Assembly: GCF_028641065.1 (NCBI RefSeq)
Contig: NC_073405.1
Coordinates: 15,066,001-15,130,000, forward strand
Length of the DNA stretch: 64,000 nt
From: Leucoraja erinacea
Lineage: Eukaryota
Direction: 5' to 3'
In this document: one piece after another, positions 63,565 to 64,000 of the stretch
Numbering within the stretch: the first letter of the stretch is position 1
Layout: each line of letters begins with the position of its first letter
Notes under the pieces: generated by a model
Databases searched by the model: none
Told to the model about the DNA's origin: nothing
What the model saw: the letters and a program-made list of their open reading frames with translations, nothing else
Program-made: the position numbers and the translations under genes

Positions 63565-63917
63565 AAGTGGTTAAGGTAAATGTCTTGAAGATAGTGAATT
63601 TGTTTGGAACTTTCTTCCTCACCAGATGGTGGAATCAGAACCTTTGAACATTTTTGGATCTGAAGTTGATTCACAATATCTAAATGAGACCGTGGCAACA
63701 TTACCTTGAGATTGTTGTCGGATCAGTTGTGATCTTATTGAGTGATGGAGCAGGCTTGAGGGACCAAGTGACCTACTGCTGTTCATAACTCGTGTTTGTA
63801 TGAAATAAGAGAAACTGAACATAATTTCAGAATAGTGTTGCACAGGGACTGACGCCTCCACTTGTTTGATGCTGTGCCTATTACGTTTCATTTAGGTTTT
63901 AGAGTTCCACAAATATA

Positions 63918-64000
63918 CAGTGCCCTCCATAATGTTTGGGAGAAATATCAATTATTTATTTATTTCCCTCTGTACTCCACAAGTTGAGATTTGTAATAGA
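63918..64000. mobile_element. Terminal inverted repeat of a third Tc1 copy, truncated by the window edge
   Basis: TA|CAGTGCCCTCCATAATGTTTGGGA..., the same TIR family as 22180-23795. Confidence 0.88.

Overview
Vertebrate genomic DNA, almost certainly from a cartilaginous fish (probably a skate or ray, inferred from the Penelope, HE1/V-SINE, Deu-SINE, CR1 and Rex1 repeat complement). Three spliced genes can be reconstructed. (1) A complete six-exon TMEM38A (TRIC-A) on the minus strand, CDS 53653..25981, 300 aa. (2) The first two coding exons of SMIM7 on the plus strand (57742.., 60789..), divergent from TMEM38A as in human. (3) Directly downstream of TMEM38A on the same strand, a large, divergent C2H2 zinc-finger gene homologous to ZNF462, with six phase-compatible coding exons (17637..921, 1238 codons) running off the left edge. 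In human, ZNF462 lies downstream of TMEM38B, so this gene looks like a ZNF462 ohnolog on the TMEM38A paralogon, with no mammalian counterpart known to me. Other notable features: a piece of one zinc-finger exon duplicated together with a Tc1 transposon end about 23 kb away; many Penelope-like fragments and TSD-flanked fold-back mini-elements carrying minimal hammerhead-ribozyme cores; a palindromic THAP-derived MITE; a hAT-like element with an apparent 5-bp TSD; a Helitron; and a young Rex1/Babar RT nested in another retroposon. All homology statements rest on recalled protein sequences, not on database searches.
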